This document shows positions 38,101 through 52,359 of a stretch of DNA of 64,000 bases, one piece after another. The notes under the pieces are model-generated. The model was not told the DNA's origin. It made no database searches and saw only the letters and a program-made list of their open reading frames with translations. Position 1 is the stretch's first letter, and the number at the start of each line of letters is the position of its first letter. Origin of the DNA: Bugula neritina (Eukaryota > Animalia > Bryozoa). Where the stretch lies: contig OZ037766.1 of assembly GCA_964035545.1 (NCBI GenBank), forward strand, positions 16,358,722-16,422,721. The letters are read 5' to 3'. Both the position numbers and the translations under genes were made by a program.

Positions 38101-41100
38101 TGCTCCCCCTCGACCCTTAGGCATATAAACATTTGCATGCAAAGCGTAACTGTATTATAGTCAAAGGTATGATAACTCTCTTCGTTACGCTCAGGCTAAC
38201 ATTGTGAAATACCGTACTCTCTGCGGTGGTGGCGCACGACACCCGCCAGCCCTGTCGCGGTTTCTACCGCCGAAACATACCAGCCAATCAGAAGATAGTC
38301 TCACAGGCACTCAGATTCATTCCATGCTTAGACGCCTTACAAAGCTAACTACTGTGTAACTCTCTGTATTGTGTGCTTTTCTATATTGATGTAATTTTTT
38401 ATAAATATATATATTTGTTCGATCTTAACACTACTCGGTTCTCTCTTATAACCTCATTGAGAGGGAATGTTCTAACTGTGCAAACACACAACATAACCCA
38501 CATTGGCTGTCGTCAGCAAACTATAACAATACTGAGCAGCGATTTTGATACCAGTAGCTCAAGTAAAAATAATATTGTGTGTAATACACAATAATCAGAT
38601 AAAATAAGTTACTGCAGTTGCCAACAGCTCTATTGCAATATTTAATTATATATCTTATTTAAATAAAATTCTGCCGATTACACACCAATCAATTGCTACT
38701 TCCTACTTGCTGCATTATATTGCATAATTGAAAAGTTTGAAACTTGCGGATTTTAAACAACATAGAATTTTGCTAAACATTAAGACAATAAAAATGTCAT
38801 AAGCAGAGATTATTCAGCTTTCTATTAGTATAATAAGACCCTTTTGCTTATTTGTTCAATAAAATTTATAATATGTGCTTTGTGCAGGTATTATTGTACT
38901 CAGTATAGTAAAACCATTTCATCGATACAAAAACTTTTAGATATCAGGAAAGCAAAAGAGAGTTTGAAGCAAAATGTTGTGTATATTGTTTTTACATATA
39001 TAAATTTGAAAACTTGAACTAGATTGCCAATCATAATATTTTTTATGAATATTGACGTACTGTTGGCTGATAAAAATTAGAATCAACAACTACTGTGTTG
39101 CCGAGTATTCTTTGAGTTTGTTCTCAAAAGATAACATTTTTGAGATCAACTAATGCATGTATATTAAATTAAAAAGAAAAGCTAAATAGATTATATTTTG
39201 CATCTTACAACCGCTATGATAGCGATCTTATATTAGTGCATTAGAAACAATAAACCACCAACTCTAAGCTTTAACAAGTTTAAGTAAGTAAACTAGCCTG
39301 TTAATTATAAGTCACTACAAGCATTTTGTTACTTACTGCTCTAAGCGTGTGAGAGAGCTCATTCAATATGACTTGCTCATCAAACATTTTGCCTCCATAT
39401 TTGTGATCGTAATAGGCTGTAATTTTTCTTCTCAAATCCTGTGGGAGTTTTCGGAAACTCATATATTCATTCACCTGTTGCAGCTGAAACAGAAACTTAT
39501 GAAGTTGCATTATCATATATTTGAAGATGTTGGTGTTTTGATTTGAGCAAATCAAAAGTGGCTAGATAGATCAAATTTGAAACTGATTTTTATTGTTTTA
39601 AATTTTTCACATGCATTTTAAAGTAGACAGCATAAAAATATACATATGTAAACTTTTTATTTGCTCTAAAGCAATAACACAAATATCATCTTATTTTTTA
39701 AACACCGAATAATTTGAAAAGTTTTCATTATAGTATTGTGTTACGAGCATCGACTCACATGATCACGAAACTGTCTGCTGGATGTATCAAATGACTGTAT
39801 GAGAGTTGTAGCATGACCAACAAACAACGCGTAGCAAGTGGCACCAGCTAGCATACTGGCAATAGTTAGCCACATGTCTGTGTTGTTGCTGGGTGGATAC
39901 TGACCATATCCTATGCATAACATGTGAGACAGAGCTTTGAATAATGACTTTGTATATTGGTCCCACCAATGCACATTCTAAAATAAACAAACCATCTATA
40001 ATAGCACACATGTACAGACAACTCCTCATATACTATTGCCAGAAGAGATGTTCACCTTTTACTAAAATATAAAATTAAAAAAAACTTTGCTTAACAAATA
40101 TTCCATCTATCAACAGAAGCTTTTATTCTATTAATAAATGCCCTGTCAGGCTGTCATGCTGCTATTAATATGTAAATACTGGAAAATTAGATATTTTTGG
40201 AAAGTTGTTTTATCTTTGCATATTTATTCGTAGATATAACAATCAGTACAATAATTCTACATAAATTATTTAAAATCTGCATTACAAGACAGAAATACCT
40301 GCAGCTTCTCAATGCTTATCCATGAATCTTCAGGCCAACCCTGTATAACTGGAACAAAGAACTGAATACACCCGCTCCAGTGGGATAGCAGAACCATCAC
40401 ACAGATCAGATTAAATATCCTCACTACTATAGAAGCCAGGCTAAAATACTAACACCAGATTACAGTTAAAGTAGTAACACTAATATGAAGACATGCAATC
40501 TGAACTTGAGGGAACATGGGTTGTAAGGTTAACTAATAATTAGCCCATCACACTTTTTCAGTTGTTGCAAAATGCAAGAAAAATTAGTGAGTCATAAAAT
40601 CATATTATAATCATTTGCACAAAAATCATCCAATCAACTTTTTGCTTCTACAACTTGCTAAAACAAGTTCTTTAAGTATTATATGACTTTAAATAAAATA
40701 TTCATACACACACACCCACAAACAAACACACGCATACACACATACATACATACACACATACACACATACACACATACACACATACACACATACACACATA
40801 CACACATACACACATACACACATACACACATACACACACATACACACACATACACACACGAACACACACACACACATACACACACGAACACACACACACA
40901 TACACACACATACACACACATACACACACATACACACACGAACACACACACACACACATACACACACATACACACACATACACACACATACACACACATA
41001 CACACACGAACACACACATATACATACATCCATCCGTTCATACATACAAACACACATACAAACACACACACACACACACGCACATGAACACAAATGCACA

Positions 41101-44100
41101 CATATGCACACATATGCACACATATATGCAGGAATGCACAAATACACACACAGTGCACAGAATTTTACAAAATAAAGGAAAAGTATATTTATATAGCTAC
41201 AAGCAAAGATGCATAATACGTTGCATATTTAAACACGTACTAAAAAAGGAATGAAATAACATACAAAATGCTTACCTCTTGCCATATCCTTATGTATCTA
41301 ACAAGTCGTGATATTCGTAGTAGTCTGAGCAGCTGCAGAAGTTTGGCTAGTCGAAGGATTCTAATAGCTCTGCCAGCCTTATATGAGCTGCCATCAAACT
41401 TGAGAAATATATAGTCTATGGGCATACTGCTGACAAAGTCTATGACAAACCAACTTTTGAGGTAGCGTATGGCTATCAGCTTCCCATCTAGTATGACATT
41501 GCCGTGAGAGTCTGCATCAATTATACCTGAAGGTAAACATTTTTATTAGATTTTTTGTATACGGTATACAAAATACGGAAGGCATTTCAGCATCGGTGGA
41601 TTGTGGTAAATTAGACTTCATATTATAATGGATTTGCACAAGCGAACTTATTCTTGAAATGCCAACCAATCAGAGATTGAAGAAGCAGTTCTTATAATAC
41701 TCATCAATTAATTTTAGTTTAACGCAATAATTACATTATAACTCCCTTGCTGCCATTTTTCTCTAACTCTTTGATTAAGAGTTAATAGCGGAAGCCAAAT
41801 TTTAAATTCAAAAGCTAATGAACTGCAAATGAAAGGTATAAAATTTCGTAATTGATTTTAGTTTCATTTCACCCTGCAAGTCTTTTTATATTATTGATTT
41901 TAGCTTTTGTGGATAAACATTTGTATATCTTGCTATAACTACTTAAATAAAATCTCAACACTAAAATAAAGTGCAATTTTTATCCATTGCCTTTATAAGC
42001 CTTTATATTTACAGTTTTACCAGACACCATAATATATACATATATTATATGTTTACTTGATGAGTTTAATACACAAAACTACTTATCATGTAGTTTTTAA
42101 AAACTTTATTACCACAGTATTACTTGTTTATGTTACTAAAACTCCAAGGGTTCACACAAGATACTGTGTCCATTATTTTTGTCAGAAAAAAAATATGTAA
42201 TTACAAGCTACCTGTTCTAAAATTGATGAATATATCTAGAATGAAGAGTGTATCACAGGTTATGTTGAAGATCATCCAATGAGAGCCCATGTCACTGAAG
42301 AAAAAGGCAATTGCGACTGGCAGCACAACCAGATTGGTTACCAAGAAGATGAGCATCAGCAAGTCCCAATACAACCTGTAAAAGAATGATTTTAGGCAAA
42401 TATGGCACTGGTAAAAATGGCACAGATAATAATGGCACAGGTAATAATAGCATGAGTAACAATGACACAAATGGAAAATAGGTAAAAATGGCAAACTGAT
42501 GTTAAATTTTCCCAAACCCCAAACCTAAGCCCCAATCCCCAAACCCAAATCTTCCCCCCCTCAATTCCAAACCTCTAGCCCCCACCCCCAAGCCCCTAAT
42601 GTTGAAAATGCGCCATTTTCACATACTTTGCTACTTGTGCCATTTTTACCTGTCCCATTTTACCTGTGCCATTTTTACCGGACACCGTAAAAGAATATTA
42701 GCAGATGATCAGTTAGCTCAGAGGCCATCTATCCCACGGCTGTGAGCTACATGCACAGTTCTCTTTCACAGGAAGTTTGAACCAAGGCCTTTGTGTCTGA
42801 CCTCGGCATACAAGATTAGTTCATTAACCTTTCATTTGCTTGTTTATCTTGCCGGAAATCAGAAGCGGGCAATTTTAAAATATATATTATCAAAGGGATT
42901 TTCCTAGTTTTAATTAAGCTTTTATTGTTTAAATATTTTATCATGGGATTAAATATACTTTACTAGCATAAATATATTTGATATTGGTAACATGTACATA
43001 AGTTGCAATAGTCACGCACCAACTCGCTTCACTTAACTTGCAAGGCAGTTGCTGATGATTTGATTGAACAGAAAACCTTCGAAATACCCAGTTGATTGAG
43101 TCAACTGTGTCGATATTATTGACCCGCTAGCTGCTAGATGCAAGCTCATGAAAACTTTGATTTCATGTGAAGACGGAGGAGTTTAATATATCTATGAATA
43201 GTAGGGTTTCAGGCAAATAACCAGTGTGTGTTATGAGGATAGATATTAAATCAACATTCTTATAATTAGCCCAACACATATGAGAGCTCAACTCAATACT
43301 AGCTGATTCAGTACTGAACTGCAGGCAAAACATGGCTGTGTGTGTTTAGCATAGACTTACAATGTATTTTCTCTGTTTTGATATTCACTAGTACCACATC
43401 TCATGCATACACATAATGAGCACTCTGTACTACAAATATTAGCATTGCATTAAAATTATATATGAGAAGCATTGTTGAAGAGTTAAAAAACAACTAAACT
43501 TATTGAAACTTTAGTTTTACAATATTTCAATGCTGTTTCTTGTATATGATTTTATAGCAAATTTTCTGGCCCATATTGATACTCTAGAATATTATGTTGC
43601 ATTGTGGTACATGACCCCTGCATACTGTGTGCTTCCTGAAGTTTAGACATAGAATATGCTGAGCTATTAGAGAAGGGAATAGTTTAGTGGATGAGGTGAT
43701 GCATGTTTTCTTTCATTAAATATTACTTTAAGATACTCTCAAAAATCTCCTGTTTGTTAATACTCTCCCTCAGTATGAAAACCCTGATAACAAGAAAATT
43801 TATAAGTAGACTAAAGACTGTCACACAGGAGCAATTTTAACAGATGCTCTTGTTGGCATCACCTATGGTACTGCTTGGATCCAGACCCATTACTTGGGGC
43901 ACATTATGCCAAGGCTGCTCCCTATTATTTCAAACTGTTCTATTAGTTTCCATTAACCAGATTTTTTGTTATACATACATTAAAATATGGACAGAGAAGA
44001 GATAGGTGGGGATGGGTGAGGGTTAAAATATAATATATATATATAATACAGATAGCTTATTGTTTCAAACAATAATAAACACTTATAACTGACAAGTTAT

Positions 44101-45725
44101 TTCTGTATGAACCATACCAATAATCTGACAGATTAAAGCACTTGAATAGATGCATTAAAGGAATCTAAATGTATACTGTAAATGTGTATTGTTAGAATAT
44201 ATTACTAAGTTTTCCATGCTTCATTTTAGTGTACATTAATATACCTGTTTCCTCCAGAAAGTATAATATTTATATTATGTTTAGTAACTTAATTAAACAA
44301 CTCCACACCCTTCTAACAAACCTTACCACTCATTAGTGCTAGTTACATAACATATATTAGTGTTGCAGGCATTCTGATCATAGCTAGTATAAGCTGCTAG
44401 GACCAGAGAATCTTTGCATGTGCTGTTGGTGCAGCTGCAAGATGAGTTGAGTAAATGCATGAACAGCTTTTTTAATTACAAGTTAATTTCTTAGTAATGA
44501 CCTATAAGATACATGCAGAAAGACATATAATTAAAATTACCAAGCCAAGTGGAAACACTAAATAAATTGATTAACTTTAGTGTCACAACAATCAAGTTTG
44601 CATGTCTTTCATTTCTCTAATTGAATAGGAAGTCTATCCAAAGTCATCACAGTGTCTTTCTATGGTCAGCAGTTTAAAACAAAGATCATACTGTTTGTTT
44701 TTCATTATTCTGCCCTCAGCAATAACTCTTTTGTGTTGTAATCAGTATTCAATATTATATCTGTCACTTCTAGCAATTAACTAGCTAGCAGCTGGATCAT
44801 TAATACAATATCTTTTATTGTCATTCTTAGGCCTCAATACAATACATTATGCAGTAAAACTATAGCAAGTTTCTGTTACAATGTATTACCTATAACACAT
44901 TACATAATCGTTGTTTTGTTCCAACCTGCAAGCATAGTTTTTTAGCCTGTAAAGTTACAATATTAATGTGCATGCAAATATAGGCAGTTTAGCTTGATAT
45001 TGCGTACCAAGCAAAACATTGTTATTACTACGTGCTCCCCCCCCCCCCCCCACCCCCAGTCAGCAAATCCACATTTTTATTCTACTACAGAGAGACAGAC
45101 CATAAACATATGTTTCACCATATGCAGTGTACCTCTTGTAGCAAAGACTTCTCCGCTGTTGAGGTGTTTGCCTGGCAATCTTTCAGGCAATCAGCTGCTT
45201 TTGTGAACTTAGTGTATTGACACGTGTTCAGAACAAGCACACTTGTTAAAGTACTGCAAGCTGGCAGTTTGAGTAAAATCAGCTTTTGGTGCACAAAAGA
45301 TATGGCTGAGAAGCCAATCAAGCATTGGCTTTCATGTCATTGAAAGACACAGTGATTAGCTTGACAATCATGACAGTCACTTCTTAGCAATAGCTTTGAT
45401 CTACTGTATGCATGGAAAAGCAGTCTTATAAGTAACGGCAATTTCCTATATAAGTACAGTCATCTTTTTTCTGTATTCATTTATCTATTCTCTTTTACCC
45501 ACATTATACAATTAGTTCATTACATGCGTTTAGAGGGATAAAACCTCAGCTGTACTCTTTCATAACATAATATTCTTAACTAAAATTGCAAAAATACTTA
45601 ATTATAAGGTCGTGGAGAACTAAATAAATGGTCAATGAACTTAGGAGTTAAGAAGGAGTTATGGAACATAGTTTAAAGGGTTGCAATAGATGATAATTAA
45701 TGAACACCTATATACAATAAAAAAA

Positions 45726-45756
<31 letters not shown>

Positions 45757-47577
45757 AATTATATGCATATAGACTACATATAATGCTAAACATTATGGTG
45801 ATGCTGCATATAGTCATAATTACATGTACCTGAAGTTACTGCAGGGGTGAATAATCCATTTACTTGATGCGTATTGCCTTCTTTTCTCTTTCTGCAGGGC
45901 TGTTCGACTGCCAAACAGCTTCATAGCCAGTTTGTTGTCTGCAGCTTGTATGAAAGAAAAGAGATGATTTTTCAATCCGGGCTCTGCAATCTCCCTTCCA
46001 GTATTCCATTGGTCATTTTCAAGGTTCATATCTCCGAATACACTAGAAATATATTTGAGAACAAAAAAGTAGCCTACATTAAATCACCTTTGGGATAACA
46101 CACATGGATGGATCCCTTGGGAGAAATAACAACAAGTCTTGATCATTAAAACAAGTATAAGGCCAAAGAAGAAAACCCAGTTTTAGTTCTCTGAAACTTC
46201 AATATTTTCGTTGTTTTCCTAAAGTTGTTTCAGTGTAGTAAGTTCTTGCATGTATAAACTTAAAATACCAGTCTGATGGTTAAATAATATGACATTTGTA
46301 TGTTCTATGCTGTATTATAACATAAATGCAGTATGCAGTATGTTGGTTGATATGCATGCATATATTATATCCACAGTCAATAAGCATATATACCTAGCAT
46401 AGCTAGAACTTCACATTACTATATAAATATATGAAAGTACCAAGATATCAGGGCAAGAAAAACATCTGATATCTTTAAATAAGCTTGGAGTGTGTTGTGA
46501 TACAAAAGCAGAATTACATCATAGCAAACTAGTAGCCATTGCAATCACATTGTCTATATTTATCTGCTCATATTTGCTAATAATTTAACTATTTGAAAAT
46601 AATATAATGGGATCCCATCCTTATACTTACAGCTAGACAACAAAGTTTAGACTTTTTCATTTCATCTAAAGGTGTTATTAAACTATCAAAGATGGCATAA
46701 CTGCTAGCAGTTTTTAAAATGAATGTTTAATAATCTGTAAACTTTAAAATTTATTTTGCCATGATCCTGTTTATATAATTACATGCTTAGAAGGCTCTAA
46801 GGAGATCAATTTACAGGACACTGCAGAATTTATAGCAACCCTGGTAGTACTTGGCCATCAAAAAAAAATTCAACAAGATAAAAACATTAGACGCTATAAA
46901 GTACGATATGCTCACCTATGCTGTCTCTTGCTCTCTGCATCTTCACTGCACTCTGCCGTCTGCGTGCTGCTGACAGAGAGTCGGTGTTTGCTCAATCGGC
47001 TACCTTTTTTCACTTTAGAACTGTGACCAGAATCTTCATCATCCCTCAGCGGCTCTTGTGAACTCTTTTTGCTATTTGGTTTCATTTCCTTTGCAACTTT
47101 AATAAACAGCTCATTCCATTTTGAAGAACTGGACTTACGTGAAGCAGGATTTAAATTATCAGATGCCGACAGCTTTGCTGATGGCACTGCCTCCTTTTCG
47201 CTGCAGTTTTCTATTATTATAGTTTGCAGAGAAATATTCTCCTGCCCATTACTAACACTGGTTTCACGCCCACCAAGTACATCACAAGCATTGTTACACT
47301 GATAACTTTTTCTGTAATCTGCCTTTTTGTGTATACAAGTTGTGCCTGCACTGTCAGATTTTAAGGTCGGAGATCCAACAGCTTTTGGCTGATGAGATAC
47401 GGGAGGTATCTGAGGCGTGCCGTTAGGTTGTTGTAATGTTTCTTGCTGCTTCACTGCTGGTGTAAGAGGTGTAAGCGGTGATTCAACATCTGGAATAAGT
47501 TTATCCGTATCTGTAAAATCCAAATCTTCGCTGCCAATTCTAAATCTAATCACTGATTGAGCAGCAACCTCTGTCAT
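35116..47577 (-). CDS. HCN: Hyperpolarization-activated cyclic nucleotide-gated channel (HCN/Ih). Exons 47577-46916, 46042-45830, 42375-42212, 41526-41276, 40448-40299, 39977-39759, 39483-39337, 37945-37771, 37365-37294, 37157-36919, about 36048-35817, 35425-35116
   Basis: HCN domain [22 protein letters not shown]4 [26 protein letters not shown], pore [10 protein letters not shown]-linker YMSFRKLP...GKMFDE and CNBD DGSYFGEISLL...[15 protein letters not shown]. The first ten exons are phase-consistent; the 36919 to about 36048 junction is unresolved. Confidence 0.96.
38079..38528. mobile_element. Solo LTR (450 bp) in an HCN intron
   Basis: Begins TGTAAC, ends ATAACA, flanked by the 4-bp direct repeat ATAC (38075-38078 and 38529-38532); higher GC than the flanks. 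Confidence 0.75.
40704..41152. repeat. Compound (CA)n / CACACATA microsatellite, HCN intron
   Basis: Directly visible; source of the spurious VCVC/HTHT ORFs. Confidence 0.97.
42388..42686. mobile_element. About 300-bp MULE-like non-autonomous element
   Basis: Inverted arrays of 15-bp ggtaaaaatggcaca / tgtgccatttttacc units around a C-rich core; flanked by direct repeat gtaaaagaat (42378-42387 and 42687-42696), a 9-10 bp TSD. Confidence 0.8.
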
Positions 47578-49489
47578 TTTTTTTAAGTTGGTAGTCGCTG
47601 TCAATATTTGCTACACATATTTCCAAGCTCTAAAGCTTTTAAGCTCCTTGAACACAATGATGGAAGAGCTAATGAACAAGAAGACTATAAGACTTGAGAC
47701 GAAGTAAGATATTTTATAATCTAATGTATATACTTTAAATATATCAGGCAACGTGTAACCCTTTAATATTTACTAACAGTGATACTGATTAATTGCCTAC
47801 AAAGTCCAGCAGCAATACCTACTATGCCTTATATTACAGCATGCGTATTCATTAATCAATTTTTTTCTCCATCAATATAAGCCAGCTTATAAGAGAGCAT
47901 TTGCCCTATAACATTAGCAGCGTAATATTTCTCAATCCTTTAGTAAATGGCTTTATTGAATGTCATGTTGACAATTACAAAAGCTAAAGTGAAGTGAATA
48001 TGACGTTTTTTAAGTTTTTAAATTAGCAAATATTTAACAATCTGCTTAAACTTTGCATTTAGTATATAATATATATTACAATCAAATACACTCACAATAA
48101 GTAGAGATCCTATTAATTAGTTGGAATAATAATTACTAAATTTAAATTGAAGAATAATCTGTTTTACATAAAACTGAGATGAGCACATGTGAGCTATAAG
48201 TGTTAATTACTATAAATTGAGTCTTTTAACATAATTATTATTTTGAATAGGATAATAGGTTTGATAGACTTTTTTTCATGACCCATTAGCAAATACAGGG
48301 TGGAGCTCACAAAACTTCAGTGATGGATTTTTTTAATGGCAACATCATGTAATGTACATTATAACATTGTTCAAGCAAGTTTTAGAAATTGACTTTTCAT
48401 GTGAAACTTTCACCATAAATGCTGAGAGTTTTGTAATACAAATTAGATAAACATGTGTTGAGCATCTCTAATGTATAGCTTTTTATAGGTCTTTATAGTA
48501 GTTAGTTCTGTGTGGCATTCAAGTGTGAGTTTCTTGTATTTTAGCATAAACCTATATATAGACAAGCCATCATAAGTACCTAACCCAAATTTTTTAGTAA
48601 TAATATATCAAATTTCATGTATGCAAAAAAAAACAGTAATAAAAGAATGTTGATGCAAAATTTTACATATTAATACATACATTTTCCAAGTGCCATTATC
48701 CCTAATTTTTATACCACTCTGCTCCATGATAAACAATTACGACTAATGAAAAATATGTGCATCATATAATGTTGACAATAGGTCTACAACTGTGGTAGGT
48801 AGTGCAAAAGAAGAAGATAATTAGCAAGCTAATTTTATTTTTTCATTTCTTTAAAATACCTTTCTTTACAAACTTAAAAATTATTATTATATATTTTTGA
48901 AAAAATAAATTTATTCACACTTGGAGAACACATTTTTAATACACCTTCAGAAGCAAGCAACTATTCCAAGCTTACAAGTTACAATAATAATAAGCAGCTA
49001 AATTACAGTATGCTAAAATTAGATACAGACAGTATATACATATGTGTTAAATGCATGTGCAGGAACAAAATATGTGTTCAAATTTGCTTAAGCCTCACCA
49101 CCCCTTGCAATTTTCGTATATTAGCTTGAAAGTAAAAATAGTGAAGAAGATTCAGTTTAGTGAATATACTGCTTCAAATTTAAATAAAAACTATAACTTT
49201 GTATCTTATAATCATCAAGTGTGGCTCACGTTTGTTTGATTGCCACCAAGTTTCACTTGTGATTCAAAGTTAGTCTTTCGGAGTTGTCTCCTTGTGATAG
49301 ATGTGTTTGGAGTAGCCTTCTCGCGATAACTTACAAGCCCATTTAGAAAAAACACTAGTAATTAAAATTGTCGAGTGGCTCATACGAGCAGCCGCACAAA
49401 ATTGCAGAATAAGCTATTTCTGCTACGCGGTAAGTTTGAAGCAGCACACTTTTGAAGCCAGCTGTACCAATGGAAGACTTCTCATTTTT

Positions 49490-50600
49490 TGCATTCATAG
49501 TAACGGTATTACTATTAGAATAGTTGTCGTAAACTTTAGTCTTTATCTACGTCACAGTAACAATAAATTGTAGTATAAGTGCAGTAGCAAATGATTTTCA
49601 CCATGAGTGTGTCACTTTAAGTTTAACTTTCAGCTTAAAATTCAAATTAGCAGACCTATGGCTACTCTAACTGCTACGCCTACAGTTACCGTTAGTCATT
49701 AGTGCTAGTGTTGCTCTTACTCATGGTACTTAACATGAGTGATTGTTTAATGGTATTGTACTTGGCATTAGTCTTACTAACTGATATATTCATAGCCATA
49801 CTCAGTCTTATACTATTACAATTAGTGCTACGGTTAGCCTTAGAAGTTAACAGAGTTACTCAAGTATTTGTGTAAGTCAAAGTGTTACGCCAATAAGTAT
49901 GAGTATCACTATCACTACGACTATGAGTATGAGTGTGACTATGAAGTATAAGCATTTACTATTAAATTTTATATCTTAGTCTTGCCCATCACTGTTAATC
50001 AGACTTGGTATTAATAAAATTATTAATAATTATAATAAACCTAATAACCATTTTTAATTCAGCTTGAACTTCAACTTGAAAACTATTGATGTATTTTGAT
50101 TTACCAAATTTCAAAGCTATTCAATTTCAGGTACTTTTGATTAAAAAGGGTAATTTGATGCTTGTTATGATTATTATAAGAAAAATCATTATGATTATAT
50201 TTAGTATAATAATGACTTAATTTGTATTGAGATTGTACAAATTATTCCATACTAATGTTTGATTTGAATTTTAATTTTACTTAGAGTTAGAGTCAGCAGC
50301 TGCAATTCTACAAGCTAGTGTTATATTCATTGAACTTTTATAGAATATTTATAAACTAAGATGTAACTTTAATATAAAATTAAATCATTTACAATTTAAA
50401 TTAAAATCTACCTATACTTATAGTCACATTTTGACTTATGTCTTATAAAGTGATACTTAATTTGTAAGCTTGCCATAAGGCCACTTCCTGTTTAGTAGCA
50501 AAGTTGGGCTCAAGCCATACTAAGTTCAATCAATAACTAAAAGCAAATCAAATAAAGGCACAGAAAAAAATCTCAAATTCAACTTAATAACTTTAGCTGG
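49490..50600. repeat. TNA-phased tract between the divergent HCN and orphan genes
   Basis: agtatgagtatcactatcactacgactatgagtatgagtgtgactatg and ttcagcttgaacttcaacttgaaa; candidate donor CAG|GTACTT at 50130/50131. Boundaries approximate. Confidence 0.65.
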
Positions 50601-51250
50601 CCTAAATCAGTCTGAGTGGCCTTGTTTTTCCTCAAGTCAGAATTATATTGAATATATATTATAACTGACCAAAAATAATTTTTTATTCAATTGATAGACA
50701 TTGATGAATAGTTTAGATGTACATGAATTTACCAATTCAATATGAAACACATTACTTATTTTAAAATTAAAAATTATTAAGCTACATAATCATGCTAATA
50801 GATGACTGCCAGCTGATTATATTAGCCATAGTTTTTTATGAAATTGAAAAACAGTCTCTCTAAAATAGCTTTAAATAAACCTGACTTTCACCTGTTTTAC
50901 TAATTGGAAACTATGGTTTTGCCTATTTATATCTTGATTTATGGTTTCATTAGTAATTTAGAAATTTGATCAATTTATTTATTTTTATTTTAATATTTAC
51001 CCTATTGACTTATTTTGATCATTATGTGCATAAAGTTAATTAGAATGTTTGGAGTATCATAATAATATTGTGATTAAAATCGAAATCTTAGTTTACAGCA
51101 TTCAAATCACTATACTTGTGTGTAGGCAGCCATGTTTTAGCGAGGGACTTGGTTAAATATTCCATGACTTCATTTTCTCGACATATTTATAGTTTTGACA
51201 ATACTGTAACAGATTTAATCTCAAGTTGACTTTTTATATTGATGACCGCA

Positions 51251-51984
<734 letters not shown>

Positions 51985-52125
51985 ATCTGATACTTTGATA
52001 AAAAAAAGACCTTCCAAACTATACATTGTAACATTTCGAGCACTATTTAATTTATGATATAGATACATTTAAAATATATATATAAGAATTTGAAATACCG
52101 TACTTTTTCATAATATATCGTATAT

Positions 52126-52178
52126 TTAGTAAACTGTAAATATCACTCAAATTTTGAGTGATATTTATAGTTTACTAA
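52126..52178. repeat. 53-bp palindrome (26-bp arms, 1 mismatch, 1-nt centre)
   Basis: ttagtaaactgtaaatatcactcaaa-t-tttgagtgatatttatagtttactaa. Confidence 0.9.
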
Positions 52179-52359
52179 GCTTGCGCATTACATATATGTG
52201 GTTAAATTCACAATGTAGTATATTTTATATATTATGCCAGTGTAAAGTAATAAACAATATCGGTTCAATCAATTTAATTTAACATATATATTATATTTAC
52301 TATATCATTTTATTTAGCAGTGGATGTTCTAGGGCGTTGTATCATGATTTCTTCTAATC

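Noticed and set aside
40679-41158. Four overlapping ORFs rich in VC/HT
   Set aside because: Translations of a CA microsatellite.
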